Assembly (NCBI GenBank): GCA_963667665.2
Contig: OY763927.2
Span: forward strand, 576,001-640,000
Reading direction: 5' to 3'
Source: Nitrosopumilus sp.
GTDB lineage: Archaea > Thermoproteota > Nitrososphaeria > Nitrososphaerales > Nitrosopumilaceae
Length of the DNA: 64,000 bases
The notes beneath the pieces were generated by a model. It was not told the DNA's origin. It ran no database searches and saw nothing but the letters and a program-made list of their open reading frames with translations. Shown one piece after another: positions 10,571 through 20,856 of the stretch (the stretch's first letter is position 1; each line of letters opens with the position of its first letter). Made by a program: the position numbers and the translations under genes.

Positions 10571-11406
10571 ATTACCATAGTAGCTGAGAGCCTACGCGGT
10601 AAGATCATGTTCTTGTTGCTATTGAGTACCTTGATTGGAAGTACTACTTTTAATTTGTTTGGAAGTATCACAGGAGGATCGCCTATTCCAAACTTTATTG
10701 AACCCTAAGATGCATCTTCTTTGATGACAAGGTTTTGCACTTGAAATTCTTGGAGAAAATCTAAAATTAGGATAACTTGAACTCACTCTGTTAGCAATAA
10801 TCCAAATTACAGTTAAAACCAAAGTCGCGTGTAAAAGGTTGAGGGAGAGTCTCGAGTCACTAATTGCGAAATAGTTTTGGCAAAGGGACGAAGAATGGTA
10901 GTGAGAGAGCGCTTCGAATGGATACGTCAGAAGTTGAAAATGTGCCCCTATAGCAATGCGCATAAGTTTCTGTACGGCCAATTTCTGGGCATCGTCGTCC
11001 CTTGATCATCACATCTTTGTAAATCATCGTCTCCTGCATTCCGAACAGCATCTGTATACCTTCAACGTATTTTTTTCACACAAATTTGTAAGCTAGAACT
11101 ATCTTGGCATTTCACACGAACGTCAATTTAACCGTACTGTTACTAAATAGGAAAAGTCAAAAATTTGTTTCACTAAATGTACACATGCATGGACATAAAA
11201 TGCTAAAACAAGTGCAAAAAGTAGAACATGTAGGCTGCATATCACGTCGGTTATCCATGCTGTTGGCATTTATGGTAATCAAAACATTTGTCAATACTGC
11301 CAAAATATCTTGTTGTGATCGTCGTACTGTTGCCATGTAACATTGCAGGTTTGCATGTGCTGCAAAATCATTTCATGGAATACGACAGGCTCTCTCAGAC
11401 AGATTT

Positions 11407-12501
11407 GTGGAATTTTTCAAGACGTTCAAGAACGAATCAGGCATCTATGCATATGTAGAACTGATTGACAGCTCCATCTATCCGCCCCATCACATCAAGA
11501 TTGATTTTGACGAGCTGACTGAAGAACTGAAGGAGATTGTAAAAAATGAGAGCGAGATCAGGTTACACTTTGCCATCTACCGCAGCATTGGCGAGATATT
11601 TCAGGCAAGATATGGAGGTGCGGAACTGCAGGTTTTTCATGACAATAATTTTTTCAAGTTTGAAATTTTGAACTTTGAAAACTACAGCTCGAAAATTTTT
11701 GAGAGCCCACAACTGATCTACTGGAATAATGCGGATGATGGGTGGTTCAATGACGAAGACAAGATTGACAACGCTGCAATCCAGCTCCAAAAAGACAATC
11801 GCTTTTGTACACTGAGGAAATCAAACGAGATTCTGATGTATGATGGAAAAATCTATGACGATGTTGCAGCGGAGACGGTAATCAAGGAGGAGACGGAGAA
11901 GATAATTCCAAACTGTGGAATCAGAAACAGAATCGAGGTGATAGAAAAAATAAAGGCGCAGACATACACGGACCTGGAACTGTTTGACAGCGACCCCAAC
12001 ATAATCACGATTAACAGCGGAATCCTGGACCTGGAGAAGGTCGAAATCAACGAGCACACCCCACAGAACCAGAGCCGGGTACTGATTCCACGGAATTTCA
12101 AGACCCCCGAATTCAGGATTAATGACAAAACTATTTTTGAAGACATTGAAAAAAACCTGAGGGCTACCGAATTCTGGCAGTTTCTCATAAGATCATTCAC
12201 AATCAATGGGGAACTTCAACAGAAAAGCCTGGAGACAGTTCTGGAAATTTTGGCCGCACCACTGGTGAAGCACCAGATTGACGACAAGGCCTTCATGAAT
12301 CTGGGCAGCGGTGACAATGACAAGTCCGTCTTTCTGGGATATATCGGGGAGATGTATGGAACCAGGAACGGGTCAAACATTGCGCTGCAAGACATCGCGG
12401 ATGACAAGTTCTACCGCGCAAACCTGGACGGAAAAAGCTTCAACATATTTCCTGATCTGGAGAAGAACGAGTTGAGACATGGCTCTGGTAGGTTCTGGTA
12501 A
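11407..12501 (+). pseudogene. Phage/plasmid P4-family (D5-like) primase-helicase, 3'-truncated
   Basis: D5_N-like NSGILDL..EHTP; Walker A degenerate (GSGDNDKS); ends right after the Walker B region where the 23-bp motif begins (12481). Confidence 0.8.
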
Positions 12502-12660
12502 AAAACGGTGATCAAGATCACCAAAATTTAACAGCAGGGTTATGATAGATAATTTCGAGAAAATTACCAAGTACTAATTATCCCAGGATTTCAAAGAGCG
12601 ATTCGGAGAGGATCTATGTCTGATGATTTATGGTGCAGATCACCAGAATTTACCAGAACC
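12491..12660. mobile_element. ~170-bp MITE-like unit with 23-bp imperfect terminal inverted repeats
   Basis: Starts GGTTCTGGTAAAAAACGGTGATC and ends GATCACCAGAATTTACCAGAACC; no coding capacity. Confidence 0.65.
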
Positions 12661-12853
12661 ACCAGAACCAACCAAAGCGCGTGGCATGGTGGAAAGGATC
12701 CGTGGTATGGATGCTTGAAGCGTTTGGAGGTGTCTGTTAAGTTGTCGTCGTGCCTAGAATTGCGTTAACTTCCGTCGCGCGGGTGTTCTAGGGTATAAGA
12801 CGAGTGGGGTTGGAAAGGGGGGATACTCCGGTGGCAAAGTGAGCACGACTGGA

Positions 12854-13606
12854 TTAACCGAGATTTGCCATATCTTTGCGTAGTGTTTGATGAGCATCCT
12901 TAAGAAACCGATTCGCGTGCAGTTTGATTGACTCTGCATTGTGTGCATCAGTTGGGTCAAACCTATCAGCATCTAGTTTGAGCCCGTCATCTGACGTTAG
13001 CGGGTAGTATTTCGCGATGCCTGTTTTAGTGACATCATTAGGATCCTCTGAATGCACCACGAGGTTTCGTAGATGCTTCAGCTGTTCGCTCTTAAGATGT
13101 TGCTCACAATAAAGATACTTGATTGCGGATGCCCAGTCTTTGGAGCGTTCTGCCCGCCTTGCATCTCTAAGGTATCCCAGTCTCTTATTCAGTGAATGGT
13201 TGCCACTCAGTATTTCCTGTAAAACATTATCTGAAATGTTCAATACAGCGTTGTTGCGTATAGAATAAGCAATAGACACATCCCTACATATCCTGCCGTC
13301 ACTTGATTGCTTTCCATGAAAAACCCACTCTGAAAAAGTTCCTGATGTGGCTGAAAGAAGGTCTGTCAGTTTGTCCGCTTTCCTTTTAGCCATGAGCTCC
13401 GCTTCTTCCTCACTATCTGCCTCAACCGTGATTTCAAACCCCTGAATTGTAGTTTGCTCTTTGTACTTACCAAACTTAAATTCGACATCTGATCTATTTG
13501 CCGTGTCGTGTTCGCAATGTATGGGTTCAGTTAACCCAAAGTCAGTTATCCATTTCATGACGCTGTCACAGAACCGCAACTTGTCTTCGCCAATGACCCA
13601 AGGCAT
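12854..13606 (-). CDS. HEPN-like domain protein
   Basis: RxxxxH motif (RNLVVH) in a helical C-terminal half. Confidence 0.55.
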   Translation of the reverse strand: MPWVIGEDKLRFCDSVMKWITDFGLTEPIHCEHDTANRSDVEFKFGKYKEQTTIQGFEITVEADSEEEAELMAKRKADKLTDLLSATSGTFSEWVFHGKQSSDGRICRDVSIAYSIRNNAVLNISDNVLQEILSGNHSLNKRLGYLRDARRAERSKDWASAIKYLYCEQHLKSEQLKHLRNLVVHSEDPNDVTKTGIAKYYPLTSDDGLKLDADRFDPTDAHNAESIKLHANRFLKDAHQTLRKDMANLG

Positions 13607-13932
13607 GGGCTGATATTCTTGGTCAAGGCCGTCTTTAGTATGACCGACGATCTAGAGGGAATTATATAAAAGCTCGGCTGAGCGGGGCTGCGTCTTACAG
13701 ACATAACCAACTGTTCAGCCTCATCAGCGACAATTTCGCTTTCCGGTCCAAGAAACCAAGGCTCAAAACCAGTATCTTCTGCAAGTTTTGGAAAAACATT
13801 CTGTAGTAGGTACATCTCTTTTTGAAGGTGAATAGGACCGGGAATAGATTCTGAGTTTTTGGCACCTAACAGTAGCAAAATGAATCTATCCACCTCATTC
13901 AACTGTGCAATTTTTTCATTAATTTCTGTCAT
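13555..13932 (-). pseudogene. SocA/YwgA-like winged-helix protein, truncated at ~13700
   Basis: LLLL..IPGPIHLQKEMYLL..FEPWFLGPES motif, then an unrelated tail. Confidence 0.6.
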
Positions 13933-13990
13933 ACCACTTTCATTTTCTTTGATAAAAATTTCTTTGCCATCTGTTATAAATGTGATAATA

Positions 13991-14013
13991 GGTTCTGGTA
14001 AATTCTAGTGATC
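13991..14013 (+). repeat. Solo copy of the 23-bp motif
   Basis: GGTTCTGGTAAATTCTAGTGATC. Confidence 0.9.
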
Positions 14014-14095
14014 TACATCATTAATCATTAAATATGGATCTTCTTCAAATTCGATTTCATTGAATCAGATCCAGATAATGAGGATGACAAAAAAA

Positions 14096-14261
14096 GGTTC
14101 TGGTAAATTCTGGTGATCTGCACCATAAATCATCAGACATAGATCCTCTCCGAATCGCTCTTTGAAATCCTGGGATAATTAGTACTTGGTAATTTTCTCG
14201 AAATTATCTATCATAACCCTGCTGTTAAATTTTGGTGATCTTGATCACCGTTTTTTACCAG
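14096..14261. repeat. Inverted copy of 12495-12660 (166 bp)
   Basis: Reverse complement matches 12495-12660 with no differences seen. Confidence 0.95.
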
Positions 14262-14308
14262 GGTTCTGGAAGATTTTGGTGATCAGATCATTAGAATTTA
14301 CCAGAGCC
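14262..14308 (+). repeat. 47-bp hairpin, copy 1
   Basis: GGTTCTGGAAGATTTTGGTGATC-A-GATCATTAGAATTTACCAGAGCC. Confidence 0.95.
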
Positions 14309-14466
14309 TAATGATGTAGATAGGTTAGCATGATCCAAATGTCATCATACCAATTTTAATTGGAACTCTTGATGATATGATTATAAAAATAAAAACACCT
14401 TTAGCTTCAACATAGTCAAAATGAATTGAATACTTTCTTAATAATAACAACTTTAAGATTGCTTTA

Positions 14467-15669
14467 ATGACAACAACAACGAAAAAAATGTTGATGCTAA
14501 CTGCCGTACTGACAATGGTTATCATACCTGGTTCAGTTTATGCAGCTGGTTTTAATGAACATCAAGTAGAAAGTGTATCTGGCAATATAGGAAAAGTTGC
14601 TGATGGCACATTTGATGAGAAGGTCGCTCAAGATAGATTAGAATATCTTATGGTAGACCAAGCTGAAACTGGAGTATCACATGAAAATGAAATAACAGCA
14701 ATAGAAACAGAATACCAAAAACTATATCAGATGGATACTACTCTTCGTGACGAATACCAAGTATTAGCTGATTTGCTAACAGAGACATTGGTTACTCTTC
14801 ATGCAGATAAATCTAGAGCTATCGAAGATAGAATGTCCGAACTTCCTATAGTTAAAATTGGCGTCAGCTCAAAAACACAATCTCTTGCTATTGGATTAGA
14901 CAATGATTACGTTAGTGAGGCGGATATATCAAAATGGAAAAAATACATTAGAAATATGCTAAGCAATTCGGATGTAAAATTGACCATAACTGTAGGTTCA
15001 GCTCCAACTCTTGATACACACACATCCAATAGAGAAACTACTACTGTAGATCCCCTAAAAGGTGGTGCAAGTGGTGGGATTTGAAGATGGTTCTAACAAC
15101 ATTACATGCTCAGTTGGATATATGGCAACTGAAAATGGATCTGGCGATACTGGATTTGTTTCAGCAGGCCATTGTACTGATCTTGTCGGTTGGGACAAAC
15201 AGGTATTGACATTCATCAACCAGTAGCCACTACAACAAATGACATTGCAGTAGTAGATGAAGAAGATTTCAGTTCTTCAACATATTGTGATTGCTCATGG
15301 AATGAGTTCAATTCTGGTGAGAGTGGTGTAGCAAAAACCATGTATAGTCTAACATCCGACTTTCCTGTATATAGTCAATATACCGTCACATCAAGTAGTG
15401 AAGGATTGGCTGTTTACAAATCTGGTGCTAAGACAGGATATAGCGTAGGTGTTATCGACGAATGGAAAACCACAATCGTTGCAGATGGAGCTACCCTCAA
15501 AAATGTAGTTCAATCAACATATTCTGCACAAGGTGGAGATAGTGGGGGTTCCTTCATGCGATTAAATGGCATTGCAGGAATTCATGTAGCACATGATGAT
15601 GATTATTCATATGCTGTAACTGTTTCAAGAACAAACTATTACTTAGGAGTAACACCAGTCTTCTCCTAG
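14467..15669 (+). pseudogene. Secreted S1 (chymotrypsin/alpha-lytic-like) serine protease with two frameshifts
   Basis: Signal and pro-region; GFVSAGHC in an intermediate frame (~15071-15189); CDC and GGDSGG in 15190-15669. Confidence 0.8.
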
Positions 15670-15679
15670 TAATTTTTTT

Positions 15680-16279
15680 TTATTTATATTTTCTAGAAAA
15701 CCAAATTAAAAATAAACTACAACATATTATAATTACAGAAACAGAAATTACAGGATCAACAACAAAAGGATGAACAGAAGGGGTAATGTCAGGTTGTGGA
15801 ATCTCACTAGTTTTATTTACAATATAGACTGATCTATCTAATGAAATTTTAGAGTCAAATATTTGTTGATTTGTACTTAACCATGTAGTTATTACGGCAA
15901 TTGTAACAGTCAGAAACTTTACCCCTTCTTTAAAAAACTTCTTTAAAAATTCATTCTCATGTACTTCTTTTTTGGTCTGGGTTGCTGTGACAAACATGTT
16001 TGGCACCATTTTATAGTATTTGTGGTCCACTCCTTTCTTTACAATTTGTTTGTGTGTTACTATCAATAATCCCAACTCTTCGAGTTTCTTGAGATGAAAT
16101 ATTGTAATATTCATTTGAATTCCTAATTTCTTTGATATCTGGTTTATGTACATCTCTTCTTGTGTTAAAAGTTGTATTATCTTTCTGCTTGTTTCAGTGG
16201 AGAGAAGTTGACCCAGAATCTTTAGTGATTCATCATCATTACCAAAAACTCTGATTTTTGTGTTATTCTCTTCAGTCAA
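15680..16279 (-). CDS. ArsR-type winged-helix regulator with C-terminal transmembrane segments
   Basis: LSTETSRKIIQLL..YINQISKKL..FHLKKLEELGL; two hydrophobic helices. Confidence 0.85.
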   Translation of the reverse strand: MTEENNTKIRVFGNDDESLKILGQLLSTETSRKIIQLLTQEEMYINQISKKLGIQMNITIFHLKKLEELGLLIVTHKQIVKKGVDHKYYKMVPNMFVTATQTKKEVHENEFLKKFFKEGVKFLTVTIAVITTWLSTNQQIFDSKISLDRSVYIVNKTSEIPQPDITPSVHPFVVDPVISVSVIIICCSLFLIWFSRKYK

Positions 16280-16428
16280 ATTAGTAATTTGTTACAAAAT
16301 AGAATTGCTATTAATCTTTAAGATTATAATATACCTTTTAATTGTGAATGATATTTGATTTTTCCTCTTAAAACATTCAATGACAATTGAATATAGTCTT
16401 AAATCAATTTTAAAAATAACCTCAATTA

Positions 16429-16722
16429 ATGAATAGAAAATCTACTATCTCGGTTCTTAGTGGACTTGTAGCTGTGTTAGCAATAGCATCTTTGGGTTTT
16501 GGAATTCCCCCACAAGAAGCAGAAGCAAGTCACAACGGAGAGCCAACAATGTGGGTTAATGGAATCAATGATGGACAAACTCATAGTTACATCTACAATG
16601 TACCAGCACCAAATCTGGACATGAGTGTTGCATTATTGATTAAAGATATGGCAGAAAAACCAAATGTGGTTCTGGAAGATTTTGGTGATCAGATCATTAG
16701 AATTTACCAGAACCTTCCATGA
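16429..16722 (+). pseudogene. Secreted protein truncated at the 47-bp hairpin
   Basis: Signal peptide ending AEA; the last ~17 codons are read mostly from the hairpin. Confidence 0.7.
16668..16714 (+). repeat. 47-bp hairpin, copy 2
   Basis: Matches 14262-14308 except one base (GAACC vs GAGCC). Confidence 0.95.
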
Positions 16723-17645
16723 ATAGAAACTGGAAAAAATACAACCAAACACTAGTAAGAAGAGGTGAAATCATGCTGTCTTTTGATGCCATAGAATCAT
16801 GGACAAAAGAACTCAAAGAAATGAATCGCAGAAAAGAAGGACACCAGTATGTTTATCCTGAATTATTCATGGAAGCACTGGGATACTGCCATGCATATCT
16901 GCATCTTCCATATAGACAAACTGAAGGTCTGATAAAATCACATCTCAAATCCAAGACAGAAACACCAACATATTCTGCCATCTGGAAAAGAGTAAACAAG
17001 CTTGACATCAAGATGAGCCCAAAGCTGGGAAAAGACATTGTCATTGCAATAGATAGTTCAGGAATCAAGGTTGCAGACAGGGGTGAGTGGATGAGACAGA
17101 AATGGCAGAAAAGAAGAGGATTTCTCAAGATTCATGTGGCAGCAGATGTAAAATCAAAACAGATTACAGGTTTGGAAATTACAGATGATCATTCCCATGA
17201 TTCCAAATCTTTTGTATCACTAGTTGAGCAGTCAAAGCAATTTGGAAATGTGACTAAGACACTAGCTGATGGTGCATATGACAAAAGATAATTTTTCATA
17301 TTTGTACCATGGTAACATAATTCCAGGAATCAAGACAAGAAAGAACTCATCAGTTACTACTGATTGCTATCCAAGAAGAAAGGCAGTACTGGCCCAAATG
17401 TATAATTATGATTTGCAGAAGAACAGCGTAAGCTATGGCGATAGGTGGATCGTAGAAGGAGTGTTTTCTGCATTTAAGAAAATGTTTGGAGAGCCTGTCA
17501 CATCACACAAAAGAGAAAACATGATTCATGAGTTGAAAATGAAGGTCTGTCTGTACAATAAAATGATTGCAATGCAATAGAAAAATCAAAATTGTTTCAA
17601 ATGGTTAGATGGTGTTAATGATTAGTTGGTGTTGGGAAACAAAGC
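16719..17645 (+). mobile_element. IS5-family (IS903-like) element, frameshifted transposase, left end missing
   Basis: NWKKYNxxLVRRGE, IDSSGIK, KIHVAAD, ADGAYD and RWIVEGVFS; frameshift at ~17283; right end ...GGGAAACAAAGC. Confidence 0.88.
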
Positions 17646-17827
17646 AGTTCTTATCATAATGATCTTGAATTTACTATGGCAATAAGAGTGGCGATCAAAA
17701 ATTAGATCGCTTTTAATATTTATTTAAATATTTATAATTCTTAATTGTTTCACCAACATTACATAATATCTAGTATGTGCATCATCATTTTTTTCCTTAT
17801 TGTGTTAATTCGTTTACAGATTCAAAA

Positions 17828-18178
17828 TTTAGTTTTTTGTTTAGAAAAAAAGAGATCAAGGTACTGCATTCTTTGATTTTTTTTTAAAAAATATATTCCT
17901 AATTTTTCCCAAAATGTTGATGGTAATGTAAGATACAGAAATCCAATAGATGAAATACGTAATTATACCAAGAGCAATATAAACATCAGGTGTATTATAT
18001 TCATCAGCAAGTAATGCAAAAGATAAAAGTATCATTACTCCTGGATTGAGGAGCATTGTCCATCCTCCAAGATATACATTTAATTCCATAAGAATTATCG
18101 TAATTAATATTCCATATACTGGTAAAATTATGTAAAGAAAGTTTAGTTTTTTGTTTAGAAAAAAAGAGATCAAGGTAC
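17828..18178. repeat. Perfect 37-bp direct repeat (17828-17864 and 18142-18178)
   Basis: TTTAGTTTTTTGTTTAGAAAAAAAGAGATCAAGGTAC occurs twice. Confidence 0.95.
17856..18173 (-). CDS. Small multi-pass membrane protein lying between the 37-bp repeats
   Basis: Three hydrophobic segments; both termini are supplied by the repeat. Confidence 0.5.
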   Translation of the reverse strand: MISFFLNKKLNFLYIILPVYGILITIILMELNVYLGGWTMLLNPGVMILLSFALLADEYNTPDVYIALGIITYFIYWISVSYITINILGKIRNIFFKKKSKNAVP

Positions 18179-18526
18179 GGTGACCTTTGAGTATCCTGGA
18201 TTTGTATCAGATGTATCCATCATATGGTTCCAAGTATTGCTAACATATACTACTTGTCCTGGTGTGTAGGCTTTGATTGTAGTTTCATGACAAGCAAATA
18301 TCAAAGACAAACAATCATAGTCGTTTGTTGAACTCCATGTGTTGTCAAACTCAATTAGATTGTTATTGTGTATGATAATTGGTTCGACATCATATATTCT
18401 GTGGAGCCAAAACAAACGCACTTCATCATAAAATTCATCTAGATTAGGATGATCCTCATCATAGAATTTCAATTCGTATAGAGTTTCACAATGACTAGAG
18501 AGTGGTGTTGTTTCAATTTCATACAA
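18170..18526 (-). pseudogene. C-terminal fragment of a probable secreted protein
   Basis: No signal peptide; abuts the methylase fragment. Confidence 0.45.
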
Positions 18527-18690
18527 GTCGTTATCTCCATTGAATTAATTTTCCCATATCTTCCTTTGGCTTCAAATATATGTTCAGCAAAAAATGGAGG
18601 ATCTAAATATATCAAATTTACATGATTGTCTGAAATTTTTTTAATTAATTTTGTAGAATCCCCACATAATATTTTATTTTCAAATTTCAT
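18469..18690 (-). pseudogene. N6/N4 DNA methyltransferase N-terminal fragment
   Basis: ILCGDS..LIYLDPPF motif IV; SAM-binding part absent. Confidence 0.85.
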
Positions 18691-18892
18691 TTTTTCATCA
18701 TCCTTCTATTCCCTAATTTTTTTGAATTTTTGAGATTATGTGAAATTTTGTTATAGTTTTTGTCAATCCATAATTGTAGGTACCTACTATTACATACTTT
18801 TCAATTTCAATAATATTCCCTATCTAATCTTTTTACTGATTTTCTCTTGTAATATTATAACATCCTGTTTCTTAAAAGATGTAAGTCTTTTT

Positions 18893-19052
18893 TTTGCCAT
18901 ATTACAGTATTCTAGATTGATGCAGGATTATCTCAACAAGAAAACACCAATTGTAGGTGATGCATGGCGAGCTGATGAAGTGTATACTAGAATCAGAGGT
19001 GAGATGAAGTATGTATTTTCTTTAATGGATTCAGAAACCAGATTTTGGATTA
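18893..19052 (+). pseudogene. IS6-family DDE transposase internal fragment
   Basis: WRADEVYTRIRGEMKYVFSLMDSETRFWI. Confidence 0.75.
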
Positions 19053-19156
19053 ATTTTGGTCGTCTATCTTTGCCCACTTTTGGAACTATTGTAGTTTGTT
19101 CTCCATGATTGATATATTTTAAAATATTTTTCAACTTTTGAAAGATCAGAAAGAAA

Positions 19157-19471
19157 ATGAATCTTAAAATTTGCAGGAAAGAATCAGTATTTAAAGTCAA
19201 AAAGATCCCCATGTGGACGCATGTATCCACAAGTTTATACGTATATTTTGTAGAGTATAGCTGTTTGTCATCAGTAGAATCACAAGTTTTAGAATCTGAA
19301 GATTTTACCCAATACCAGGGTAAATGGATAGCAATACTAGACAAGAAAGTTATTGCATCAGGTAAAACTATGTCAGAAGTATATGATCAAGTACAACTAG
19401 CCAAAGTTATTAGAACAGCACTCTTTCAAAAGATTCCAGAGAAAGGTGCAGTTGATACATTCATTCTCTAA
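19157..19471 (+). CDS. DUF5678-like protein (true start probably further downstream)
   Basis: YQGKWIAI..KVIASGK motif. Confidence 0.65.
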   Translation: MNLKICRKESVFKVKKIPMWTHVSTSLYVYFVEYSCLSSVESQVLESEDFTQYQGKWIAILDKKVIASGKTMSEVYDQVQLAKVIRTALFQKIPEKGAVDTFIL

Positions 19472-19624
19472 ACGAACAATATACCGTTATTAGTGAACAA
19501 TACAGAAATTTCTCTATGGTAGATCGCTGGAGAACAATCATCCAAAACGCCTCACTTCACAGGGAAAATACGGTTTAGTCAGCTCTCGATAACTTTACAG
19601 AACTTGTTTTTTTAAGTGACTAAA

Positions 19625-20320
19625 TTAGAAAGGTACTTCTTCAGGAGTTAACATTTTGATGGATTTAATATTCTTGTCATTTTGAATTTCTGATATAATT
19701 CTGCTGTGTTGATTAGAATCATCAAGTGAAATAGCAGCAAGATAGTCTTCTTCAATGTATTCTGATAATGTGATTCTTACTTTGGTTGATTTTGGAGAAT
19801 CTGGACTTTGAATTTGAGAATCTCCAATTCTGTTCAGAGTAATCATGTTGTCTTGATATTTTTTTATCTCATAGAGCTCAATTGGTAATCCCTGAAAACT
19901 GCTTGCTCTTTTTTGATATTTTGTGTATTCTGGTGAAATAAAAATTACGCGTGTTTCATCCCAGTTGATGTCATTCACATCTGATATCTTGTTCATTTTC
20001 TTGTTATAGAGTAAGACAAAGTTTTCTTTTCTCTCATGCAATAGTTGATAGTAACTTACTCCCTGATCAATTAGAGAGCGATTTTCAATTTTTTTATATT
20101 CTATTATGACAAATGATTTTTTTTCAGAATCAAATGCTATAGTATCAGGTCTTAGATCATCTATCTGAAATTCAGAATCTATAAACTCTAGTCCTGAAAA
20201 TATTGAATCTAGATTTTTTTCAACTAGATTCTGAATTGTTCTTTCCAAATCAAACGACTCTTCATGAATTTCTACAAGATTGTTGTCTCTTGATTGAAAA
20301 ATTCTCATATAACTTTTCAA
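19625..20320 (-). pseudogene. NucS/DUF91-like PD-(D/E)XK domain protein, C-terminus probably replaced
   Basis: LE..IQ, RPDTIAFD, VIIEYK and DQGVSY motifs; unrelated tail after EEDYL. Confidence 0.7.
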
Positions 20321-20595
20321 GACATGAGAAACATAAACTTGATCATGATTCCTACAGGTTTTTTGGAATAGAACTGTTCATTATACGCGCGAAATGAGAT
20401 AAATATCATTATTTTTAATTCTCATATTCTATCCACATTACAACGAGGGCATCCTTTTAATTTTTTATTGTACTTACCATTACAAATTCTACAAATTACG
20501 ATATCATCTATGTAATTTTTCTTTATGTATGGAATAGCCAATTTGATAATTATGACTATAACTATTGAAATTACAATTAAATACCAAACCATTTT

Positions 20596-20841
20596 TTATC
20601 TAATTTTTTTATAGATAAATTTAAAAAATAATATTAATGCTGAACCAATAAAAATTGAGGCTAAAATATTTGACCACATAAAAAATAATATTCTCACGCT
20701 ATCTTCAATATTTTCTGGATTTAGAGTACTGTAAACAAGTATAGTTTGTATGATATTTGCAATACCAATATAAAATAGAATTCCAATTATAGGAATTAGG
20801 AAAGCTTGTTTTGGAGAAAATTTCAATTTTTTCAGTAACAT
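20596..20841 (-). CDS. Small two-TM membrane protein
   Basis: Two hydrophobic helices; directly downstream of 20857-21516. Confidence 0.55.
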   Translation of the reverse strand: MLLKKLKFSPKQAFLIPIIGILFYIGIANIIQTILVYSTLNPENIEDSVRILFFMWSNILASIFIGSALILFFKFIYKKIR

Positions 20842-20856
20842 AATAATAAAAAGGGG

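Noticed and set aside
9986-11340. Several short overlapping ORFs on both strands
   Set aside because: No recognisable motifs; apart from 10238-10570 they are probably degraded or spurious
12481-16714. Possible CRISPR array from the 23-bp motif
   Set aside because: Mixed orientations, irregular spacing, no uniform spacers and no cas genes
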